DNA of 64,000 nt, taken from NCBI GenBank assembly GCA_047967505.1, contig CM106538.1, one strand, 5' to 3'. The stretch comes from Dipteris shenzhenensis. Lineage: Eukaryota. The notes beneath the pieces are model-generated. The model was not told the origin of the DNA and ran no database searches. It worked only from the letters and a program-made list of their open reading frames with translations. The position numbers and the translations under genes were made by a program. Positions 1 through 11,335 of the stretch are shown here, in pieces (the first letter of the stretch is position 1; each line of letters starts with the position of its first letter).

Positions 1-654
1 GTAGATCGGCCTCCTCTACCTCTGCCTCTACCTCTGCCAGCATTTGAGTAGAAGACAGTTTCTTTTGAAGTTCCTGCTGAAGAAGATGCACCACCATTTC
101 TCTGCTCTTCAGAAATTAGAAGAGCAATCAGCTCCTCAAAATCAGGAAATTTTTCACGGACGGCAATGGATGTTCGGAACTGTGCATAATCGTTTCCTAG
201 ACCATTCAAGGTTCATCATCATCCACTGGTGACCCAATGGAAGCAAGTGCATCTGCAATTTTCTTCACTTTCATGTGGTAGTCATTTATGCTCAAATTTT
301 CTCTTTGCACATTGTGCAACTCCTGTTTGAGTTGCATTTTCTTGGCTTGTGTATTTGTGCTGTACATTTTTCCTCCTTTGGCGTACTTGCATCCTGAATA
401 TGCACAATCATGGAGTCCGAAATACTGATAGACAGCCAGTACATAACTTTCCTGGCTCTCTCATGCCATCCTTTGAATGCCTGCATTTCCTGTTGACTGG
501 GAACATTAGGAAGAACAGGTTCTTCTTCATTTCCTGTAATGAATTCCCAATAGCCTTTTCCCATCAAGAAATTCGTCATTCTAAACTTCCATGCCTGGAA
601 GTTGTTCTTGTCAAGCTTTTCAGTGACAATCTGTGAAAGAGAATCAGATGCCAT
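1..654 (-). pseudogene. gag: Copia gag (UBN2-type), frameshifted and with deletions
   Basis: ORF 292-669 matches gag of the intact copy, then loses frame through small deletions. Confidence 0.88.
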
Positions 655-1158
655 TACAGAACACTGCAAAATATTCTGTCACTGCAAAAAACACAGCTTT
701 TTGCCTCACACGGGTAGATCTGCAAAACTGACGAAAGTGGTATTTCACCACACAGTCACTTCCTAGTGACGATTTTGCATCAACAGGCAACAGGCATGAA
801 TCTGCAACTCCCAATATCTCTGCACACAGACATACGATGCAATTTCTGCAGCACCTTTCCACCGACTAGCCGCGCAGTGGTCGCACAGCAAAAACAGGGC
901 CTTTTTTTGAGTGCCTGCGAAGAACTTTCGCCTTCAAAATGGGCCCCGAAACGGCCTCAAACGCATATACTGTGCTCTCGCCACACCGCGAAGGGTGTCT
1001 CAATCTGAAACAGTGCACTCCTGCACTTCTGGCTGTGCTACCTGCAGAGATTTGCTCCCAAACTCGAAATAGGAAAGCAACACTGGTCCTCTTACTAGGA
1101 CACCACGAACTTGGCTTGCTTTCTTGAGCTCCTTACCACGAATAAGGCTCTGATACCA

Positions 1159-1511
1159 TGTGAAGATAGTGGGAGAGAGGGAAGGAGTCTCACTTGCGGC
1201 TTTCTCACCTGCACAATGGGGGAATACACACAAAGGTGGAGGCTAAAAACAGTTTTCCTCTTCTTAGTTGTGAAAGCCAAAAAGAACTCTAGTACAAAGA
1301 AATAGAAGAACCCTATATGTGGGTCTCAAACCAAACTCAACTAACTAAGGTGGCATACTAACTGAGCCACGAACTAGTGTAGATAAGGATAGCTGTCATC
1401 CAGCTATTTTTCGTGGGCGGTGTACCAACCGCACCTCCAGCTAACAAGTCGGTGACATAAATGCACAACAGTCACCCTGGCATATTGCGAGTGGAGCTCG
1501 ATATCTCAACA
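1159..1511 (-). repeat. 5' LTR of copia family A copy 1
   Basis: Minus strand TGTTGAGATATC...TCTTCACA directly followed by PBS; similar to LTRs at 5847 and 38293. Confidence 0.9.
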
Positions 1512-2339
1512 CTTATGACACTTATGGTACCACTTATTTAAACAGTTCGATTACACTTACGAGACCGTTTGTTGGAAACTATGAGACTCATACCTATTGG
1601 AAAAAAGATAAACTACAAGCAATAGATCCATAGATATTGCTTATAACGTTTGTATTTCACAAAGTTCTACCCGTGATTTATAATGCTTCACAGTGTTCTT
1701 GGGCTTGCTTTGATTTGGGTAGATTGATTGGTTTGTTTGATAAAAATGGATTTTATCACCAAAAATATCCTTTACTTTCTCAAAAGGAACACTTTCCTTG
1801 GATTATGATTTGACATTAATGCTCTTATTAAGCTCTTTCATGGCGGGTAAGTTCTGCATGGTGGACTTACCCCTCTCCATGTGGTCTTACTCTCTGGGAT
1901 AGGGGTGGGACACTCTCACACACACACACACACACACACACACCTAACTATGAGCAAATTCACACACAATTAATTTATATCCTTGTACGTGAATCAATCT
2001 GATGCATACAATCATACATACTTGAACCTTTTAATCATGTCATGTGTATGGTTGCAAAAAACTATTTCATTGTTGGAAGATTGACACATGGTGGCTACCA
2101 ATATCTACTTTTTCTTTTTTTGGGGATTTTTAGTCCCTAATTCCTTATTGTAACCTTTTAAAAGCATATTTGAGCCCCACTCTTACTCTTGTAATGCATT
2201 GGTCATTACATGAACCATTTTAGTACTTTGAGCTCTTTCCTACTAATAATTTCTTCCCCTTCATTTTTTTTGATACTATAAAGAATATTGCCTTGATGAT
2301 AATAATTAATCATGTGTATCCCCCTTGTATTTCTGACAA

Positions 2340-2531
2340 TTGATCTTCTTTATTCAATCACATCCTTCCTTCTACTCTCGCCCCCATCGTGGTCCCCTCT
2401 CTTCCTCTCTCTCTCAAGTTGCCCTCCATCCCTCACGTTACCCTCCCTCCCTCTCCCTCTCCCTCTCCCTCTCCTTTCTCCTCCTTTCTCTTCCTCTCTC
2501 TTCCCATTCTCCTCCCTTCTCTCCCTCTCTC

Positions 2532-2581
<50 letters not shown>

Positions 2582-2959
2582 CCTCTCTCTTCCCCTTCTC
2601 CTCTCCTTTCTCCCTCCCTTTCTTCCCCACCCTTTCCTACTTTTCTCCCATGCCTCCTCACCCTCATTTGCTGGCATGGCAGCGCAATGGGCAGTGGCAT
2701 TTTTTTTTTTGGCCTATAACGGCAACGTGACCCCTTCCCTTCCCCCCCTTTCCTCTCCTCTTTTCTAATTAATTTAAAAAAAAATCATTTCTCCCCTCCC
2801 ATTTCTTCTCCCATCCCCCTTTCTCTTTTTCTGTGTTTGAATTGTTGCTACCGTGGCAGCGCAAGAGACCTCTCCTCCCTTTTCTCCTCCCCTTTCCTCT
2901 CTCCCTTTCCCTTTCCTCTCCTCTCTCTTCCCCTTCCCCTCCCCCCCTGTCGCCCCCCC

Positions 2960-3006
<47 letters not shown>

Positions 3007-3256
3007 GTGAGAGCTACCCTACCCTCCCTTCCCTCTCCTCTCCCTCTCCCCTTCCCCTCCTCCCCCCCCCCCTCTCTCTCTCTCTCTCTCCCTCCCCTTG
3101 CTCTTCCCTTTCCCTGCTTTCCTTCCTCGCGGCAATGCAAGGTGCTGTGCAAAATTTATTTATTCCATTATTATTTCTACTATCACGGCAGTGAGAGAGC
3201 TACCCTACCCTCCTTTCCCTCTCCCTCTCCCTCTCCCTCTCCCCTCCCCTCCCCGC

Positions 3257-3322
<66 letters not shown>

Positions 3323-3470
3323 TTCTCTCTCCTCCTGTCGCTCTTCCCTTACCTTCTTTCCTTCCTTGAGGCTTCCCCCTCTCTTTTCCTCTCTTTCCCT
3401 CTCCATTCCATGTCTCTCCCCCTTCCCTTCCCTTTTCCTTCTTTCCCTCTCTTTTGCCCTCCATCAAGAT
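2340..3470. repeat. C/T-rich low-complexity tract with (CT)n microsatellites and internally repeated units
   Basis: Several (CT)n runs; recurring GAGAGCTACCCTACCCTCC at about 3009 and 3195. Confidence 0.9.
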
Positions 3471-3982
3471 GCATCATTTGAAGATGTGTGCTTCACTCAA
3501 TGCAAACACATCTTAAAGACCTTTGTAACTATTGCAATGTGTTTATAAAGTTCTTTGAGATTATACCGATGCTACTTTCTGAAACTTTGAAAGGTGTTTA
3601 TCGGCACCATTATTAAATCTTGGCAATCTTGGAGTTCCAAAACTCTAAAAGGTGTTTATTAACACCGTTCTTACATCTTGTAGATTTTAGAAAGCTCTAA
3701 TGGTAAATTAATCTCATGTGCATGGACCTTAACTATAATAATATAAATAAATAAATATTATATATACATATATAATATTTTCATGGTTTTTTGTATATTT
3801 CAATCATTAATAAGTTAAGAAAAAATTAGTTCTGAAAAGAGAATTGAATTTCTTTAAAATAAATATTTATACTAGAATTTTTGCAATATAGAGTAAGGTA
3901 TGAATTATGTTTCCTAGTTTTGCATTATTAGTCCAAAACAATAGTGTGAGTAATGGCTGCCATATCAACCATAACTTGCTGC

Positions 3983-5846
3983 TCAACTATCAAACCTGCA
4001 GTTTTTCAAGTATGGAGCCAATACAGGCAATGGAGTACTCAGTAACTTCCCCCTCTCCATACTGAAACAACCAAGTATCTGACAAACATCATCAAGACCA
4101 TGCACCTCCCACTGCAAAGCATCCCTATCCATAAGGAACCCTATGGCAAGTAAACTCAGAAGGATAGCAACCTCCTGAATACTGAGACCATAACCTGTCT
4201 CACTGTGCATCACATCCTGAGCTCTCATAACGATATCAAACCTATGAAGCCAAGCTCAAGGGGATTGCTTCTAGTTATGGAGGCACTTACGAAGCAAACA
4301 CATCAATGATTTCTGCCCATGCGCAATATGACCCGAGTCAATAACTGCAGAAACCACATCTGTCCTGACATAACCAGCCAATGGATCATACTGGGCATCG
4401 TTAGCCAAGGTATCCTCCTCACCATGCATAGCCTCATCCTCATCTGCAAGAGGCACTCCACATCCTGGGAGTAAATAGTAACTGTCCATAGAAGATGTAT
4501 CAACAATCTCCATTGGAGTATAAACCTGTGGAATACTCGAGACATTTGACCGTCTCTGACCAAAATCAGGAAGTAATCGTGGCTGTCCCAACTTTATAAC
4601 CTACTCACCATGGGAAAAACCTCCCACTCCAAGGGATATGGGCTGCCCTTGCAAAGAATTCGGAGGTATCAATGCACTTACACCCTCCTGGAACACCACT
4701 CTCCTGCTATCGACAATCCTGGGCTATCTAAACATAGCATCCTCTTTGAAATAGACATTATGGCTGTGTATCAACTCTCTAGTTGAAGAATCCCATAACC
4801 TGTAGTCCCTACTAGACTCACTGTATCCAAGGAAGATACACCTCCTCGATCGGGAACCATGAGCATAAGCCTTGTAGCCAAACACACGTAAATGCTCATA
4901 ACATGGTGCCCTGCCTGTCAAGAATTCAAATGGCACTCTACTATTTAGAGATCTCCTGGGTGACCTGTTAAGCAAGTATGCAGCTGTCTAACATGCCTCA
5001 ACCTAATAGCATTCGGTAAGACCTGCATATCGTAGCATGCTACCAATCCTATCCAATAGAATCCAATTTATGCCTTCTACCAAGGCATCGTGAGCAGAAA
5101 GATGACGAGTGGTCAACACCCTCCTGATACCAAGTGTATCACATAGATGCTGAAATCTAGAAGAGGTAAACTCTACATCACCATCAGTCATCAAGCTCAA
5201 TAGCTTCTTTCCTGAATAATTTTCAGCATTATTCAAGAAGCGCGGAAATGTATCATATACATCATGCTTCTGCCGAATCGGATATACCCATATGTACTTT
5301 GTAGCAGCATCAATAAATGTCACAAAGTAAGAGGCACCACCCAGTGAAGCGATAGGCATAGGCCCACAAACTGCACTATGAACCAACTGTAATGGCTCAA
5401 CATACCTCTCACTGACTGTCTTCCTCACAAAAGAGGATCCTGACTGTTGATCATCATCATAATCATGACATAAAATTTGAGAGACATCGATAACACAAAT
5501 GTATCTCCATGTTGTAAGGGCTTCCATACCTGCAGTAGACATATGTCCAAGTCTGGCATACCATAAACTAACTGATGGCTGCTTACTAATCATAAGCATC
5601 TTATCATGGACACCTGATACATGCAATGCATAAGAGAATCCAACCCGTGATCCCCTAGCCATAACTAGATTGCCTCTAGCAATCTTCCATGCATGATCAC
5701 CCAAAGAGACATGATAACCTGCCTCAACCAACTGTCCAGTACTGATCTTGCTCGTAGCAAGTCCTAGTATATGTCTAACCCTTTGTAGAATAAGAATAGA
5801 GGCACTAGGCATAACAAGGTGGATATCCTTATAACCATAGACATCC
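3983..5846 (-). pseudogene. pol: Copia pol remnant (PR C-terminus, integrase, internally deleted RT)
   Basis: ORFs 5003-5860, 4724-4975, 4271-4591 and 3983-4228 are collinear with copia pol, separated by stops; no YVDD seen. Confidence 0.85.
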
Positions 5847-6143
5847 TGTTGAGATATCAAGCTCTACCCCCGATATATCTCCTGGATGACTATCATTTAT
5901 GTCACCGCCTATGTTAGTTGTACTCGTGGGTAGTTAGACTACCACGTATGTTTTTGGTTTGGGTTCACATATGAACCATGTATTCTAGGGTTTGACATAT
6001 AGGGTATTTCCCTCTTCTATTGTATTGTTGTTGTGTGCAAAAGTGAAGAAAGGCTTCACCCTCCAACCTTGTGTCCTCTCTCTTTTGTGTGTTGTGAAGA
6101 AAGCTGAACTTGAGTCTCCTATCTCTCTCCCTTATTCTTTACA
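5847..6143 (+). repeat. 5' LTR
   Basis: TGTTGAG...TTTACA; one mismatch to the 3' LTR. Confidence 0.97.
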
Positions 6144-6155
6144 TGGTATCAGAGC
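6144..6155 (+). promoter_or_regulatory. Primer binding site (tRNA-iMet)
   Basis: TGGTATCAGAGC immediately after LTR. Confidence 0.95.
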
Positions 6156-6721
6156 CTTGTTCATGGTAAGGAGCTCAAGAAAGCAAGCCAAGTTTGTGGT
6201 GTCCTGGTAATAGGACCAGTGTTGCTTTCCTATTTCGAGTTTGGGAGCAAATCTCTGCAGGTAGCACAGCCAGAAGTGCAGGAGTGCACTGTTTCAAATT
6301 GAGAGGCCCTTCGCGGTGTGGCGAGAGCGCAGCATATGCTGCGGGAGTGGGCAAAGCCCTTGGTGACTTTATTTTTTTGATTTGAGGCCATTTCGGGGCC
6401 CGTTTTGAAGGCGCAAGTTCTTCGCAGGCACTCAGAAAAAGGCCCTGTTTTTCACTGTGCGACCACTGCGCGGCTAGTCGGTGGAAAGGTGCCACAGAAA
6501 TTGCATCGTATGCCTGTGTGCAAAGATATTGGGAGCTGCAGATTCATGCTTGTTGCCAGTTGATGCAAAATCGTCACTAGGAAGTGACTGTGTGGTGAAA
6601 TACCACTTTCGTCAGTGTTGCAGATCTGCCCCTGTGAGGCTTTTTGCAGAAGTTTTGCTATTTGCCCTTGTGAGGCATTTGCTGTGTTTACAGGTTGCTG
6701 TTGCAATTCGTGATTTATAAA

Positions 6722-8227
6722 ATGTCTGAGAATCTGTCTACCATTGTCAGTGAGAAGCTTGACAAGAACAACTTCCAAGCATGGAAGTTCAGGATGACAA
6801 ACTTCCTTATGGGAAAGGGAGTTTGGGAGTACATCAGTGGTGAAACTGCAGAACCAGTTTTGGGTGCTGCTCCTACTCCTGCTGAATTGAAGGCCTTTAA
6901 AGAATGGCATGAAAAAGCCAGAAAATGCCTGTATTGGCTGTCTGTTAGCATTTCAGATTCTATGATTGTGCATATACAGGATCTAGAGACGCCTAAGGAG
7001 GCATGGGATACATTGGTGAAGCTGTATAGCACAAATACCAAAGCACGAAAGATGCAGCTGAAGCAGGAGTTGCACAATGTGCAAAGGAAAAATCTAAATA
7101 TAAATGAGTATTCCTTGAAGGTGAAGGGCCTTACAGATTCTCTTGCCTCCATTGGAGCACCTGTTGATGATGAGGACTTAGTGTCTGTGACCTTGAATGG
7201 TCTTGGGAAAGATTATGCACAGTTTCGGACATCCATTGGAGTCCGTGAAACATTTCCTGATTTTCAGGAACTTATTGCTCTCTTGCTGAGTGAAGAGCAA
7301 AGGAATGGTGGTTCAGCCACCTCAACTTCTCAAGAGACTACTTTCTACTCGAATACAGGTAGAGGCAGAGGTAGAGGAAGAGGCCGTTTTGGTGGCCGTG
7401 CAGGAAATCAGAACCAACAGCAACAACAGGAAAACCAGTCCTATGGAGGAGGACGTGGTAGTTCTAGAGGCAGGGGGAGCCAAAGAGGCCGTGGTTCATG
7501 GCAAAGGAACCAGCAAGTAAATAGCAGCACAGAATGCTATTATTGTGGAAAGCCTGGACACAAGGAGAATACATGCTATAAAAAGCAGAATGACATCAAA
7601 AGTGGGAAGTTGCAGCAAAGCAACTACGCATCATCAAGTGGGCATGGTGACGACAGAAATGAGCACCTTTTTGTGATGCAGCATATGGTTAACTCCATGT
7701 CAGGAGATGCTGCAGCTTGCAATGATGTTTGGTATGTTGATTCAGGTGCCTCTAACCACATGACCAGTCATGGTGAGTGGTTTCATGATGTTAGAAATTT
7801 GGATAAGCCAGGTTATGTTGAAACAGGTGATGATACTGCGCACCCAATTACGCAGGTTGGTAAAGTGCCATTGGTTATGCAGGATGGCAAAACGAAGTAC
7901 TTGGCAGATGTACTTCATGTTCCAAAAATCACTAAGAACCTGGTTTCAGTAGGCCAGATGGTTGAGCAAGGTCTGCAGGTTAGATTTAATCCTGATGGAT
8001 GCTTTGTTGAGGACTTGAAAAATAAGTGCCGCTTGGTTGCGAAAGGCAACAAAAATGGCAAAATGTTCACCTTGGATGTTGATATGCCTGAGGTGAAAGC
8101 TGCTATGTTTGCGCATGGGAGAGGTGTCATTGCAGATATTGAGATATGGCACAAGCGCATTGGGCACGTGAATATACAAAGGCTGAAATCTATGCAAACA
8201 AAAAAACATTGTTGCAGGTTTGCCTAA
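6722..8227 (+). CDS. gag: Gag-protease-pre-integrase part of the copia polyprotein (frame broken at A7 run 8200-8206)
   Basis: UBN2-type gag, RGG-rich linker, CYYCGKPGHKENTC knuckle, WYVDSGASNHMT protease, IWHKRIGH pre-integrase motif. Confidence 0.93.
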   Translation: MSENLSTIVSEKLDKNNFQAWKFRMTNFLMGKGVWEYISGETAEPVLGAAPTPAELKAFKEWHEKARKCLYWLSVSISDSMIVHIQDLETPKEAWDTLVKLYSTNTKARKMQLKQELHNVQRKNLNINEYSLKVKGLTDSLASIGAPVDDEDLVSVTLNGLGKDYAQFRTSIGVRETFPDFQELIALLLSEEQRNGGSATSTSQETTFYSNTGRGRGRGRGRFGGRAGNQNQQQQQENQSYGGGRGSSRGRGSQRGRGSWQRNQQVNSSTECYYCGKPGHKENTCYKKQNDIKSGKLQQSNYASSSGHGDDRNEHLFVMQHMVNSMSGDAAACNDVWYVDSGASNHMTSHGEWFHDVRNLDKPGYVETGDDTAHPITQVGKVPLVMQDGKTKYLADVLHVPKITKNLVSVGQMVEQGLQVRFNPDGCFVEDLKNKCRLVAKGNKNGKMFTLDVDMPEVKAAMFAHGRGVIADIEIWHKRIGHVNIQRLKSMQTKKHCCRFA

Positions 8228-11081
8228 ATTCAGAGTTGAGGGAATGCAAAAGGTATGTGAAGCATGCCAAATGGGTAAGCAGGCTAGACATGCATTTCCC
8301 AAAAATGCTAAGGTGAGCAGAAGACCTTTGGAAGTGATCCATTCGGATGTTTGGACAACCAAAACAGCTTCTATTGGTGGATGCCATTATTATGTGACAT
8401 TTATTGATGACTACACTAGGAAGGTGTGGATTTATTTTATGAAGCACAAAAGTGAAGTGTTCAGCCATTTCAAGGCTTTTAAGGCCATGGTTGAAAAAGA
8501 GAAAGGTGTGCATATTAAAGTGCTAAGATCTGATGGAGGGGGAGAGTACTTTTCAGAAGAATTTTGTGAATATCTGAAAGAACAGGGAATTCAAAGGAAG
8601 TACTCATGCAGGTCTACCCCTCAGCAGAATGGGGTTGCAGAAAGGAAGAACAGGCATATTGCAGAAGTAGGACGGGCGATCCTAAATGAGAAAAACATGC
8701 CTGATTATTTTTGGGCTGAAGCAGTAGCAACTACTGTTTATATTATGAACAGAAACCCCACTGCAGCTGTCCATGGCATGACGCCTGAAGAAATGTATAC
8801 AGGCCAAAAACCAGATATTTCTCACTTGAAGGTATTTGGTTGCATAGCTTATGTTCATGTTCCTGATGAGAAGAGAACAAAGCTAGATCCAAAGGCAGAA
8901 AAATGCATCTTTATTGGATATGCTCTGCACCAGAAAGGGTATCGCTGTTATAATCCTTCCACCCGCAAAATGCAAGTGAGCAGAGATGTTGTTTTTGATG
9001 AAATGAGCAGCTGCTGGTATGCACCAACTGTTATGGTAGGAGATGCAGATGCAGGAAATGGGAATGCTGCAATAAATGCAGAGCAGCAATCTCAAGCCTT
9101 GAGTGGACCCAGAGAGTCCTCTACTAGTGGATCTAATGCATGGACAGGGAGATTGAGATCTAGTGAATCGTCACATGGCAGCCCTGATAGTGTTGTGCAG
9201 GTATCACATAAGGAAAAAGAAAAAGTAGACCATGCTCCAGTGTTTGATGTGTCTGCTGGTAGCTCTCATGTTGATGGAGAGTCAAGCGGCTCTGAAATGA
9301 GCCTTGATGAGGAACTTGGGATTCCTTCTGTTGTTATGCCTGGTGCAAGGAAAAGCAGGCATGATTTAAAGACTCCTGCAACTGATCCAGTTGTACGGAG
9401 GTCCACTCGTATTAAGTATCCAGTTGACAGGCTGAGATATGATGGGTATACAGCACATCACTATGCTTATATGGTCAAGGTTCTAGAGGAGCCAGAGCCC
9501 ACATGTTTTGAGGATGCAGCAGGGCATAAAAATTGGGAAGCAGCTATGGATGAAGAGATGGCTGCCTTGGATGCAAACCACACTTGGGATTTGATGCCTT
9601 TGCCTCATGATAAGAAGGCTATTGGCTGCAAGTGGGTTTACAAAGTAAAGAATAATGCTGATGGGTCTGTTAGCAGGTACAAGGCAAGATTGGTTGCCAA
9701 AGGTTTTGCGCAGACATATGGAATTGACTATGAGGAAACTTTCAGCCCAGTTGCAAGGATGGCAACCGTGAGAGCAGTGATTGCTATGGCTGCTGCAAAG
9801 GGATGGTCTTTGCATCAGATGGATGTGAAAAATGCCTTCTTGCATGGTGATTTGCAGGAAGAGGTTTATATGATGCAGCCAGAAGGTTATGAGGATAATT
9901 CACACCCCGATTTTGTATGCAGGTTGCGCAAAGCCTTGTATGGCTTAAAACAGGCGCCGAGGGCATGGTCAGACAAGATAGGGCAATATCTTGTCACTAT
10001 TGGATTTCAGATTTCCAATTCAGATTTTTCACTTTATGTGAAAAGGACAAACAGAGGGATTGTGCTTATAGTCATCTATGTTGATGACTTGATTATTACA
10101 GGTGATAGTGATGCAGACATTAATGAAGTGAAGCTGCTATTGAAGCAGAAATTTGAGATGAAGGATTTGGGAGAGCTGCGTTACTTCTTGGGCATTGAGG
10201 TTATTAGATCCCCGAGTGGGATATGGCTGTTGCAAAGGCAATACGGTTTGGACATGCTGTCCAAATATGGGATGACAGGCTGTAAGCCTATTTCTGTTCC
10301 ATTAGAGCAGAATGTGAAGCTCAATGCAGAGATAGGTGAGCTTCTTGAAGATATTACTATGTACAGGCGCATAGTAGGTAGCTTGATTTACATGACTATA
10401 ACCAGACCAGATTTGAGCTATGCTGTGGGGCTGGTGAGTCAGTTTATGCAGGCACCGAGGAAGCCACATTTGGATGCGGCTAGGCGCATACTGCGGTATG
10501 TGAAGTCCACATTGCATTATGGACTGTTTTATGAAGCTGGGTGTGCATTACAGGTACATGGATACACAGATGCTGATTGGGTTGGTAGTGTCTCAGACAA
10601 GAGATCTACTAGTGGTTTTATGTTTTCCCTTGGGAGTGGTGCCATCAGTTGGAGCAGCAAGAAGCAGCCAACAGTTGCCTTGTCGAGCACAGAGGCTAAG
10701 TACAGGGGTGCAGCAATGGCTACATGTGAGGTAGCTTGGTTACGGAAGCTACTTGCAGATATGGGACAGTCAATTCATGCAGCAGTTGTCATTCATTGTG
10801 ACAACATTAGCAGCATCATGCTTGCTAATAACCCAGTTTATCATGCTAGAACAAAGCACATTGAGGTGCATTATCACTTTGTGAGAGAGAAGGTTCTAGC
10901 TGGTGAGATTGATCTTGTCTATGTCAGCACTGAGGAGCAGGTGGCTGATATTTTTACGAAGGCATTGGGTACCGAGAAGCTTCGCAGATTTAGGAGCTTG
11001 CTTGGTGTACGTGAGATGGATTTGAGCTTGAGGGGGAGTGTTGAGATATCAAGCTCTACCCCCGATATATCTCCTGGATGA
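8207..11081 (+). CDS. pol: Integrase-RT-RNase H part of the copia polyprotein
   Basis: VIHSDVW, RSDGGGEY, PQQNGVAER (IN); QMDVKNAFLHG, YGLKQAPRAW, IYVDD (RT); YTDADW, KHIEVHYHFVRE, ADIFTK (RH). Confidence 0.95.
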
Positions 11082-11335
11082 CTATCATTTATGTCACCGC
11101 CTATGTTAGTTGTACTCGTGGGTAGTTAGACTACCACGTATGTTTTTGGTTTGGGTTCACATATGAACCACGTATTCTAGGGTTTGACATATAGGGTATT
11201 TCCCTCTTCTATTGTATTGTTGTTGTGTGCAAAAGTGAAGAAAGGCTTCACCCTCCAACCTTGTGTCCTCTCTCTTTTGTGTGTTGTGAAGAAAGCTGAA
11301 CTTGAGTCTCCTATCTCTCTCCCTTATTCTTTACA
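11039..11335 (+). repeat. 3' LTR
   Basis: Follows PPT; followed by TSD CATCC. Confidence 0.97.

Larger units (their letters stand above)
1..1511 (-). mobile_element. Ty1/copia LTR retrotransposon (family A), 5' portion (LTR, PBS, leader, decayed gag); continues beyond window start
   Basis: LTR 1159-1511 with TG..CA ends; PBS TGGTATCAGAGC (rc at 1147-1158); gag start MASDSLSQIVTEKLDKNNFQAWKFRM homologous to the 6722 gag. Confidence 0.93.
5847..11335 (+). mobile_element. Full-length young Ty1/copia retrotransposon (family A)
   Basis: Two 297-bp LTRs, TSD CATCC (5842-5846 and 11336-11340), PBS 6144-6155, PPT GAGGGGGAG 11030-11038, gag-PR-IN-RT-RH order. Confidence 0.98.

Noticed and set aside
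8195-8215. Programmed ribosomal frameshift at the A-run
   Set aside because: It needs a +1 shift inside the pre-integrase domain, not at a gag/pol border, and the paralogue is in frame there; a homopolymer indel is simpler
11039-11081. pol ORF running into the 3' LTR
   Set aside because: Common in compact copia elements
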